Shown in pieces: positions 28,039 to 38,605 of a stretch of 64,000 nt of DNA (positions within the stretch are counted from its first letter, which is position 1; every line of letters starts with the position of its first letter). The notes below the pieces were generated by a model. That model had not been told where the DNA came from, did no database searches, and worked only from the letters and a program-made list of their open reading frames with translations. Both the position numbers and the translations under genes were made by a program. The stretch covers positions 5,642,001 through 5,706,000 of the forward strand of contig CM030332.1 in NCBI GenBank assembly GCA_017654855.1, in the 5' to 3' direction. The stretch comes from Podospora anserina (taxonomy: Eukaryota).

Positions 28039-31000
28039 ATGGGTGTACAGGAGCAGGCAAAGGGGGTGGTAAAGCCAGGAGGTTGCCTTCCGGTTCCACA
28101 TGACGACCTGTTACACTTCAGTCGCTGTCTCAAGTACGATGAGAGAGAGAAATACGTCCAAAATGCCCCCGAACACCTCCGCAGCCAGGTGGGGCATTTG
28201 CTGTCCCGGGTTGAGCATGTCAGGTCCGAGATCGACGCCCGGCCCGATGGAGAGTTCTGGACTTCCAGGTTAGCCGACCACATATCCGACTTCAGATCAA
28301 AGCCCCAGCCAAAGAAGACGGAGCGGTCGCCGCTAGCCGCTACTCTTTCCCGACTACACATCGCTAGCCGGACCAACCTCAGCCGAACAAGTCGTCTTGA
28401 CGTTCCAGAAATCCGCCTTGGTGGCAAGACTTTATCGACACCCAATATCGCCGAGGTCCTTTCAGCCAACCCATCCCCAACATTTCAGGACATCAAGGAC
28501 CACCCATACAAAGGCCTCCAGGCCGGTGCTGTCTACTACAAAGATGGTATTCCCTACACTCATCCCAAGCTGGAAGGCAGTTTCCCAAACCAAACAACCC
28601 CGTTGGACGATTTACTCTCAAACAAGGGTGATATGAGCTTGCTCAAAGAATCTTGTGAAGAAGGCATGTTGAGATGGTTTCACATTCCGTCCAATAACAT
28701 GGCCTGGGTAGAAGTAAGTTACCTTGCATAGAAAGAGATTCAGTGCACAGCTAACAACAATCAGGAAGCGATAGCCCGCCATTACAATGAAGAACGCCCA
28801 CCAAGAGAGGACCTGTTTGGGAAGCCAAAGGTCAAGTCCAAGACACATGAGATTCTTCGACGGGTCGGATGGCGAGGTCACTCTCGGGAGGGCGTTGATC
28901 CTAACAGCCCACCCCACACCCGCCAACTGAACCCCGGTTGTGAGGTGATCAAAAGCGGTCACGAAAACAACCCTAACGCCATGTGCCTCTTTGTATGTCG
29001 ATGCAATTCATGTCACACAAACAGTACTTCAACTGACATATCACACAGGCCCCTTACCTCCACTGGGAGACAGCATTGGGACTGGAAAGACAAAACAAGT
29101 CCATCGAGAGAACCACCAGATCTGCAATTTTACAACATGCGTCAGGCATGCAAGTCCAGGATCGGGTTGAAGATACCTTTCACCAAGAGCTTCAGGTCCA
29201 CCAAGTCAACAATACTTCCCTCTCTTCCCTTGCCCGCGAGGCCATCGTCTCATCCACGAACCACTTTCGTTCCATGACGATGCGGGCTACTACTAGACGA
29301 GGTGTTGTTGGAAGGATCCTGTTTTGTGCCGCCAGAATCGCAAAGCTGATGGTGTCTTATGAGGATGATGAACTCGTCAGCAAGTACCTTTATGCTAATC
29401 CCCCGTTGCATCCCCGACGGACATTGCATCAGTCTCTAAATGAGTATTCCAACTTTCTGAGGGATACTGAACGCTTGGACAAGGATCAGATTGTGTACAG
29501 AGCAACAGCTGGGCTCAAAGACCCGACTCGCCAGCAGTGCAGCAAGTTTTGCCAGTGCTCTGACTGTACGAGTGCACGGGCAACTGTGCCTCGGTTTTTG
29601 ATGGTGGACCAGCTGTGGGTGTTTGTCTTGGATGAGAGTGAGTATCTCGAGAAGCTTGCATGGCGACCTTGCTAACCCATGATAGATACTGTCATCACAA
29701 GCTTTCCACAACGCTGGGGATCTTACTTCACAAGCGATCTGTCAGGAATCCACTCTCGAGTAAGAAAGCAGCTTGAAAGAGAGCGAGACGGGGTCAGCAG
29801 TTCATATGATCTGGTTCTCAAGATCTTCAACGTCTGCAGCAGGGTGTTTTACGAGAATATCAAGTTTGCGGACAGACAGCCCATGCTCAATTACATCTTT
29901 TCCGATTCGATCAACTTTGTGGTAAGATTTTCCAGTTGCTCTGAAACGAGACGCAAGCTTACACCTGGCTCAGACCACAAGAGAATTGGCCGCCCGTCAA
30001 GAGCTCTCCCAGCTTGCTCAGACGATCCTAGCAGCTTACCGTTCCCCTGACAAGACTCAAATCGCCGAAGCCCACAAGGCAGTCATGAACATCAACCCCG
30101 AGGCCGGCCTCCTCCGGCAAGTAGACAACATTCTCAGCGACCTGAGCATCATCCGCCAGATCAAGATCGTCCAGCAAGAAGTCCTCAAGCAGTACCACGT
30201 CAACATTGCCCGGGTCCTAGTTCCCAACTATGCCCTCCGTGCCGGCTTCGAGCCGCATACACCCGGTCTCAAGGAGGTAAAGCGCATGCAAGAAAGTCTC
30301 CGTGACGACCAAGATGTCTCGGAAGAGACCAAGTCAGCGGCAAGCTGGACGCTCTCCTGTGCCGATGACTCGGAGATGTTCCTCGCGGACCAATACAGGC
30401 AGATTGACCGTTTGTACAGAGCAGCGGAACACTGCCAAAGGAGACTGGAGGAGCTGCTAGAGACGAAAAACAAGTACGCCGGCATTGTCGGGGCGTGGGA
30501 AGCGGTAGCCAACAGCATCGAGCAAAGCAACCAGGGCAAGTCTATCATGCTGTTCTCAGTACTGAGTATTATTTTCGTAAGTTCTTACCGTCACCCTTAC
30601 CTCCATTATCATACCGGCTGACAATGCACCTAGCTCCCCCTCTCTTTCATCACCAGCATCTTCGGCATGAATATCCAAGACTACCGCATCGGTCTCGGCA
30701 CCCTCGCACAGGAACTCTACTATGTTTGTAAGTGATTCCCTCCCTCTCTTCTTATCCAACCATCCCTAACATCCAAACTAGTCGGGGTCTCAATAATCGT
30801 AATCTTCATCTCCCTTCTCCTCGCCTTTGACAAGTTCTCCCTCGCACTCCTCCTCTACTGCATCAAGGTTCCCACCAAGTGGGTCATGACTCGGATTGCG
30901 CTCCTCCAACCGGCCTCGTTTGGCACCAGGACGAGAAATTACCGCAAGCTCAACGAGAAGCGGGTGAGGAAGATCCAGCAGATGGAAGAGGAGATCCAGC

Positions 31001-31125
31001 GGGCGAGGCTGGTGAGGGATACCAAGGAGTTTTGGCGGACGATCGAGGCGGAGCAGGCGAGGAGGCGGGCTGGGTTGGGGCCACAGGGGGGAAAGAGGGT
31101 GGATAGTGACAAGTTTGTTGTTTAA
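28039..31125 (+). CDS. Fungal CorA-like (Mg transporter C-terminal domain) protein, multi-exon
   Basis: RWFHIPSNNMAWVE, PYLHWET, LHPRRTLHQ, LMVDQLWVFVLD, TVITSFPQRW, QGKSIMLFSVLSIIFLPLSFITSIFGMN and a second TM helix. Confidence 0.85.
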
Positions 31126-31234
31126 GTGTGGAAAAAAGCTGTACCATGGTGTATACGTGATGTTTTAACACCGGAATCTGGACATAATTCGCCACGTGAC
31201 TTCTCGCCGCTTTATCTGACTTGAATTAGGCGGA

Positions 31235-31409
31235 GCTCAGGACCGGCTCATCTTCGGCTCCAGCCCGCTCACCTCGCTCAGGGATTGCTCAAGGTCTGCT
31301 CACTTCGCTCAGGGACTGTTCAGGGTCTGCTTACCTCGCTCAGGGACTGCTTAGATTAAGATTTGCTCACCGTGCTCAGGACTGCTCTAGATTGCTCATA
31401 GTCTGCTCG
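31235..31409 (+). repeat. Left subterminal GCTCA array (~17 copies, mostly 9-11 bp period)
   Basis: GCTCA-like motifs start at 31235, 246, 257, 267, 276, 287, 298, 307, 318, 329, 338, 349, 365, 374, 384, 394 and 405. Confidence 0.9.
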
Positions 31410-31659
31410 CCCTACTAATGGTTCCCTCATTTACTACTGATGGTACTCTTACAAGCCTATTCTATAACGCTAGTCTAGGGATCTTTTAAAAGTGTTCTCT
31501 CGCAAGAAATTCGTGCTCTAGCAGCTTGATTTCGCATCTCGAATATCAAACCTATCACACTTACCAACCCAACCCGATGTCTCTAACAGCATACAGAATG
31601 TATAGTCAAGATACGTTACGTCTAGTCTATTCTAAAACTACCGCAAGTAATTTTCTCTA

Positions 31660-33521
31660 ACGTACATTATCAGTGAGTCGTGCATATCAGTGGGTCGCGC
31701 ACTCCCTAGCGCGACGCGTCCTCATTGCACTTTGCATCGAATTTTTCTACAATCCAATATGCCTTCTATTTTAAAGGAAGCGAGGGTAATCTTAGCCCTC
31801 GAAGCTCTCCAAAAGGACGAAAAATTAAGCCTCAGAGCCGCAGCTATGCTTTATAATATACCACCATCAACCCTCCGCGACCGACGCGCTGGCCGGCCTG
31901 CACGACGCGATACTACGCCCGGTACAAAGAAGCTCACTCAATCAGAAGAGGAGGCTATTGTCCAATACATTATTGAGCTATGTGCGCGAGCTTTTCCACC
32001 CAGATTACGTGGTGTGGAAGATATGGCCAACCAACTGCTACGCTTACGCGATGCGCCCCCTGTCGGCAAGCTCTGGGTATATCGATTTATTAAACGCCAG
32101 CCAGAGCTCCGTACGCGTTTTACACGTAGATACGACTACCAGAGGGCCAAGTGCGAGGATCCAAAGGTTATTAGCGAGTGGTTCGCGCTTGTGCGGAACA
32201 CTAAGGCCAAGTACGGTATTGTAGATGACGATATCTACAACTTCGACGAGACTGGGTTTATAATGGGTATTATCTTCGCGGGCATAGTAGTTACGACCTC
32301 GGACGGCCTTAGTAAGGCGAAACTAGCCCAGCCTGGTAACCGCGAATGGGCAACGGTAATCCAGGGAGTTAATGCCCTCGGTTGGGCCATCCCTCCTTTT
32401 ATCATCTTAGCCGCGCAGTACCACCTTGCCAACTGGTATACCGAGTGCAACCTACCGTCCACCTGGCGTATCGCAACCACCGATAATGGCTGGACTACCA
32501 ATCCGGTAGGTCTAGATTGGATCAAGCACTTCGATTACTATACGGCGCCCCGGATAAAGGGTAAATACCGGTTGTTGATCCTCGACGGCCACGAGAGCCA
32601 CCACTCGACCGAATTTGAGCGCTACTGCCAGCAGAATAACATTATTACGCTCTGCATACCTCCACATTCTTCACACTACCTCCAACCACTCGATGTCGGC
32701 TGCTTTGGGCCATTGAAGCAGGCGTACGGCCGCCAGATCGAGGACTTGATGCGTATGCATATCAACCACGTAAGCAAGCTCGAGTTCCTCTGTGCCTTCC
32801 GCGAGGCCTTCTTCGCCTCTATAACGGAGAAGAATATACAGGGTAGCTTTGCGGGTGCTGGCCTTGTACTATACGATCCAGAGAGGGTACTTTCTAAGCT
32901 AGATGTAAAGCTTCGTACGCCAACACCCCCATCCTCAAGGCCGGGCACGGCACTCCCTTGGCTCTCCCAAACACCACACAACCCTCGAGAAGCTACCTCA
33001 CAGTCAGAGCTTATTAAAACTCGGATATCAAACCACCAGGGTAGCTCTCCAACATCTATGTTGGCTGCTGTGGATCGATTAGCTAAAGGTACGATAACTG
33101 TAATGCACGAGGTGGCTCTTCTACGTATGGAGCTCTCGGCACTGCGAAAGGCCAATGAGGCACTTAGTAAGAGACGGAGAGCCAAAAAAACACGTGTGAG
33201 GCTTGGAAGGTCACTTGCCGTACAAGAGGCACAGGATCTACTGGATCAGAAGGCTGTGGGTGAGCAGGTAATCCAGGAAAATCGACAAAGTGGTGGTGGT
33301 ACAGGGGGGTCTCGTACGAAGACTCAGTGCTGTGGTATATGCGGCAAGCCTGGCCATAATGCACGCACTTGCCAGGAGGCTGCAGAATCATCTGATTCAG
33401 CTGTTTCTGATGTAATTGTAGTTAATTCCTAATGTTGGTGTGTTATAATCGAGGGTAATTGTAGTAGGGTGGTAGAGAGTGCGCGACCCACTGATATGCA
33501 CGACTCACTGATAATGTACGT
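31660..33521 (+). mobile_element. Full-length Fot1/Pot2-type pogo DNA transposon (1862 bp)
   Basis: Perfect 45-bp TIRs (31660-31704 and 33477-33521, ACGTACATTATCAGTGAGTCG...) and a TA target duplication at 31658-31659 and 33522-33523. Confidence 0.97.
31759..33432 (+). CDS. Fot1/pogo DDD transposase (psq HTH, CENP-B HTH, DDE_1, C-terminal CCHC), 557 aa
   Basis: YNFDETG, LILDGHESH, LQPLDVGCFGPLK and CGICGKPGHNARTC; open frame from the ATG at 31759. Confidence 0.95.
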   Translation: MPSILKEARVILALEALQKDEKLSLRAAAMLYNIPPSTLRDRRAGRPARRDTTPGTKKLTQSEEEAIVQYIIELCARAFPPRLRGVEDMANQLLRLRDAPPVGKLWVYRFIKRQPELRTRFTRRYDYQRAKCEDPKVISEWFALVRNTKAKYGIVDDDIYNFDETGFIMGIIFAGIVVTTSDGLSKAKLAQPGNREWATVIQGVNALGWAIPPFIILAAQYHLANWYTECNLPSTWRIATTDNGWTTNPVGLDWIKHFDYYTAPRIKGKYRLLILDGHESHHSTEFERYCQQNNIITLCIPPHSSHYLQPLDVGCFGPLKQAYGRQIEDLMRMHINHVSKLEFLCAFREAFFASITEKNIQGSFAGAGLVLYDPERVLSKLDVKLRTPTPPSSRPGTALPWLSQTPHNPREATSQSELIKTRISNHQGSSPTSMLAAVDRLAKGTITVMHEVALLRMELSALRKANEALSKRRRAKKTRVRLGRSLAVQEAQDLLDQKAVGEQVIQENRQSGGGTGGSRTKTQCCGICGKPGHNARTCQEAAESSDSAVSDVIVVNS

Positions 33522-34292
33522 TATAGGCTGCAGCCTTAGGCGCGTAACATTACAAGTCGGAGATCTTTGCCTTTCCAAGATACTAGAGCAGTTCTCGGAA
33601 GTAGAAACACGCATATACCTAGAGCCGTGTTTAGAAGTCACTCAACTCTGCAGATATTAAGAATTATAACAAGGAGCCAGAAACGGCTTCTAGTTATAGT
33701 ATACAGACCCTGTCTATTGGTTTGGGGTGCGGCCACAGGCGTGAGGGTATGAGTAAGGAAGTGGGGGTCTCTGGGGGTTCAGGGGTCATGTATATAAGCG
33801 GTCTGCTTCTGACATTCTATTTTAGACAGGACATCGACTTTTATTTTCTTCATATTTTGTGCCGTGCACGCGTGTAGGCAATTCCGGCTCTCTGATCAGG
33901 CCAATCCGGTGCTTATTATGTGGCCTGCGAGCCCATAGTGTCTTTTCTTTGTCCTGCGTGAAGTGCGGCCTGCGAGCGAGCCACTGTCACGCAGGTGTGG
34001 TCATTCAGGGACCTGTTGATGGTATATTTGTGGTGTTGTGGTTGTTTTTGTGTGTTTTCTCACCATTTCACTATAGTTCTATACTTAATTATTATTTTTA
34101 TCCTTATACTAGAGTTATAATACGATACTTCGCATCCTAAATTAACGTCCTAACAGCCTAATTTATTTCTTCTAATAATCTTTTTCTTTACTATACCTTT
34201 TATTATATCTAACCGTAGCCAAAAATCAAGTCATCGCCAATTAAACTGAATACAGTATCAATTTCCACACTAACTAACTACCAAACTAGCCA

Positions 34293-35380
34293 TTACACGT
34301 CACCTTCCATCGCTTGCCGGGCCTTGGCACTGGGCTTCGCCACCCGACCTGTACGTGTTCTAGTAAGTGCCGTTGAACTGGGCTTAGTTGAACTGGGCGC
34401 AGGTGTACTGGCCGGCGTACTGCTTGCAGCTGCTGGTTCCCGCTGTGTGGCCCTGGGTACCCGTTGCCTGGCACCACCTCTGGCACCACCTCTGTTGCCC
34501 CTGGAGCCCCTGGATTTCTGGTTCGCCCTGGCAACGGCTTGTTCAACAGTGCCCAAACCGTTCACTGTGGCTGGCCGAGATACAGTTGTATTTGCAGCAT
34601 CTGCTGCATCATCGCCTTCCAGATCTGCAGCTTCCCACTGGGACGCTGTTCGCCTTAAACTTTGCCGCAGATCTGTCGTACTGGGAAGTTGAGGGTTGGT
34701 TCTTTGTATGCATGGGGGTGAAGGGGTAGGTGTTGGTTGGACCTGAAGGCCCAGTGGCACTGTTGACCTGGGTGCGGTGGCATCAGGGGCAAAGGCATCA
34801 GAGCCCCTGGGTCTGCACCTGAGCACCGTCACACGGTCAAAATCCTGGTACTGCAAATACCGGTCCTCGTCAACTAACGACCTTTCCAACCACCAAAAAG
34901 GATGGAAATCCTTGAGCTCAAGGACCTGGTTGTTCTTCTGTACTTGGTGAATCAAGTGAAGACAGGGAAGTCCCTTATTGGCAGTGAATCTACCTGTACA
35001 AGCAGGAATCTCGTCGGGTTCGGGATTGCGGGCAAACACCTTGTACTTCTGAAGCTGGCGACAGTGTTGTACTACACTGTCAAGTGGTTTCCAGGCAATT
35101 CTTGTAGGGGTTTCGCCCAGAAGCTTCATACCCATGAAATCCCTCCGCAAGTGGTCCTTTTCAAAGCGCCTGGCTTCATTCACATTCTTCTCCATGACGG
35201 CTACCATATCAAAAGTACGGTCAAAAACATCCTTGACCGTGCTCTTCCCAGTGACAACGAAGCTCTTGAGCATGCGGTTCGAGGACTCCACGGGGGAGGT
35301 TGTTCGTTGACCGAGGGTGAGGTGTTGAGATGTGTAAGCAGTGGCCCATTGCCGGATGACTGGGAAGTAGGTGGATTTCT
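34293..35380 (-). mobile_element. Mutator (MULE) transposase C-terminal fragment; N-terminal/catalytic part missing
   Basis: Frame reads TYFPVIRQWATAYTSQHLTLGQRTTSPVESSNR, then SWIM-like CTGRFTANKGLPCLH and DFHPFW. No upstream DDE region, and I could not define TIRs. Confidence 0.75.
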
Positions 35381-36082
35381 GGTGGTTTCACGGCGTGGAA
35401 GATGAAGAAGAAAAGGTCGTTGCAAAGTGGTGGTTTGGTTTGAAAGCAAAGGTTTGGTTGCAGGTGGGTTTGACTGCGAAAAAGGTGTATTGCAGTGTAT
35501 TGCACGTAAAAGAAAAAGAATTGGCCAGGGTTAGGGGTTTGTACGGGAAGAAAAGTGGGCGGGGGGTCCGGGAAGTGAAACTGGGGGGTCCGAAAAGTAT
35601 TGCTCTTTCGCTTTGCAACCTTGCCTTGGCGAGCAATAGTGTCAAGCTGCAACTCCACAGTAGTTAGCAAAGGGCGAGCATTACTACAATCCCGGACTCT
35701 TTTGCTTGTATTACAAATACGTCTGAGCTCCCAATTGATGTGCGGGCATCGTATCCTGCATCTCTAGTGTATATAGAGGTTCCTCTACAGCCCTTAACGG
35801 CCCCCAATAGCGAAGACTAGATGAAGCTTTAGTTCCGAAGGTCATTGTTTGTTAGCCCAAAGATGACCTCATGTCATAGCAGCAGGCTTTCCGATATGTG
35901 ACGTTTGCTTGCCGTCGGGGAATGATAAGCAGAAGTCAATGCCTTTGCTGTTGAGCGTGGGCTTTCAACTGCGCGATTCGAACAAGATGCGATCATACTA
36001 TTCAACGAGTGTATTGTTTGTATCTGAATCTCTCTAGTGACCACGTCCTGCTACCCAGTTTGAATCACCCAGATTGAGAGCT

Positions 36083-37080
36083 CTACTCCTTATACGGAGG
36101 CTCATCCCTCCTTATCTGGGGAATCCGATAGGTAAGGAATTTAGGAAGGGCCTTCATTGGTACCTCGCCGCAGCCTACTTTTCCATCCTCCCAGAAAAAG
36201 GTGTTTAAGAGCGTGCCGAGAATAACGGCATCCTGGACGAGACCGATATTCTTCTCCAACATCTCACGAGTCTTCTGGGACATCCCAGCAAAAAGCTCCT
36301 TCCAAAAGGCTCGCTCAGCAACCTCGAACTCGTCCGGCATCCAGAACTCGCCCCCCGTATATTCGCCAGCCAGGGTGTGAATGCGGCCAAGACCCACAGC
36401 AAAGGGTTTCGGCGTCGACAACTCCCAGTCGATCAGGCCGGTAACTTCACAAGTTTCGTCGATCAGGATGTTGACGTCGTTGAGGTCGTAGTGCGAGACC
36501 CAAAGCGGCAGCTTGCTAATCTCGTTCAGCTTGCTAAGAAATCCTTGTAGCAAGGGCCGGTATGCTGCGACTTCATCCAATGGGCTGGCTAGTATGGCCT
36601 CAAGATGCGGCCGGATTTTGGTTGACACAGCCTCGCCACTGCTGTCGGCAAGCCAGCCCTTGGAGAGTACACGCCCGAGCGACCTGTTGACGGCAATACG
36701 GCCTTCAGCGCCCTTGCCGGCGACGCCGTGGATCCATATCTTTCCCGGCAGACGCTCGAGGGAGTAAACCCAGACGCCCTCGTTCTCCAGCTCTTCGTCT
36801 TTGAGAGCCACAGTATCGGGGACGACTTGGCCCAGGGCGCCTTTGGCTACCCTGAAGGCGTCGAGATCCAGTTTCTCGGTTCGGAATTGGATGACCACTT
36901 CGCGTTTGTCAGTCAGCGTTACAAAGAAGGTCCGGCTGAACATCCCCTGCATTGGCGGCCTGTCGACGCGCGTGGAGGCGCTTCCAAGATGCTCTGACAC
37001 TAGATTCTTGATACGCTTGACTTGTTTCGTTGGCGTGTTGAGCAACTTGGGAGGTCATTGTCGGAGGTAACGGGAGGCAT
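36083..37080 (-). CDS. APH-like phosphotransferase / protein kinase-like protein; start uncertain (ATG 36952, or ATG 37080 with a frameshift)
   Basis: QGMFSRT, VIQFR, LPG, HYDLNDVNILI (catalytic loop) and GLIDWE (metal-binding). Confidence 0.8.
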
Positions 37081-38251
37081 GATGTAAAATAGAATGTTTG
37101 GCGTGCAAAGCGTAGCTGTAGTTGGGCAGGTTGAAGTTGCGGTTGACCGAATGTCGAGATTTTAGGAGCGGCCTTTGCTTCCCCCAATTGTTTGCAGGTA
37201 ACCCCCCAAACGCGGTGCCAGATCGGGGGAGAGAGCCAAAAATGCCGTAAGAGCAAACCTGCCAATCGGATCAATCCGCACCCAGTAGCGGTCGCGTCAC
37301 GCCAACAGGCCGTTGCACAACTTCCCTTTCGGTAAGTTAATCTGCGTGTTGGTTTCAGACATCAATACATGGGCTGCATCAGACCCAGTGCAACTGCTAT
37401 CAAGCGGATGTTCGTACTGTTCGAAGGCTGGAAATTCGAGCGTGATTATCGTTCGTCACACTGTCAGTGACCATGAAGGCGCATAGTATTGAGGGGTAAC
37501 TGCACGTCGTAGGCCAATGGATCAAAATAAGGCAGCCAACAATGTCAGGGTAGTTATTAGAAGAAAATTCTTGGTCTGGCAGGAAGTAGACTTGTAACGG
37601 AAGACTCTTGCCTATCTGCACACAAGCCAGCCCTAGGTAGATATATATATATATACAGAGTAATCTCAAAATATAGTATATCGGTATCTTCTTAATCCAG
37701 AGAGATATAGATCATGGCGTTTGCCTCAGATTGTAGATAGCTTCTTTCTCTTCATGGACTTCTCGAGGCCATTGAAGATTATTGTGAATATACTCAGTTA
37801 CGCCCTCCGGGCCAGTGCTTGGTTCTAGTCTCTGCTGTGTGAAGCTCGTTGAGCCTGCCCCACAACAGACCCTTGTTACACATGAAGACAAGTTGCAGCG
37901 ATACGTAGATACCTGGTAATGAAGAACCGCACTGATAAAGCCTCCCGAGACTGAGAATCCTGGGTTCTCGACAAATCAGCTGCAAGAACGGCCAACAAGA
38001 TCTACTGGTATCAATATCCTCGTTTAATTGTCGAATTAAAATACGTCAAAAAGCAAGTCGTGATGACTTGCCACGCTGGAAACGCCGGTTGTAACCTCAT
38101 ACGTCGACTTTACACAGTAATATTTGCACAGTAGCATCTGTACAGCAATATCTGCACAGCAGCATCTGCACAACAACATCTGCCCAAGCACCAACACTCA
38201 GAGGCTTATGGCGCATGGGAGACCGTCGGTGATGATCATGATCATGATCAT

Positions 38252-38605
38252 TGTGACAAGGGCTGTAATATCAGGGCTTGGAACTCATGGTTCAATTCAG
38301 GCTAATAATCTTCAATGGCCTCGAAGAGCGTGATACCGAAAAGAAGAAGAAGAGATACAGTCTTGGTGTTTCCAAACGCGTATTTTACCCTCCCTCGCGT
38401 GGCCCGTGCCTTTGTTGGCCTCAGGCCATCGCCAAGTCCTTCAATATCCTACTGGGCCAGTGGGCTTCCTTTGATAACCGCCATGCCTCTGATTGTCTGC
38501 CTCACTTTGAACGAGAGGCTCACAACTTGCAGTTACCCCTCCTTGCGGTGGTATCGACAGTGTTGTTGGTTGTGGTTACAGGTGGGTGGCTTTTGCCGTG
38601 TGACA
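38252..38605 (-). repeat. 3' LTR (354 bp)
   Basis: Appears identical to 44839-45192 by eye; adjacent to the PPT. Confidence 0.97.

Noticed and set aside
31235-31409. CRISPR-like array
   Set aside because: Period is ~10 bp with no unique spacers, there are no cas genes, and the context is eukaryotic.
31410-34290. Starship captain (DUF3435 tyrosine recombinase) near the island end
   Set aside because: Outside the pogo insertion there is only short AT-rich sequence with no recognisable recombinase motifs. The right arm also lacks one. A decayed remnant cannot be excluded without an HMM search.
36083-37045. Spok meiotic-drive gene
   Set aside because: Only a stand-alone ~290-330-aa APH-like domain, with no coiled-coil, nuclease or Cys-cluster regions and far shorter than Spok proteins.
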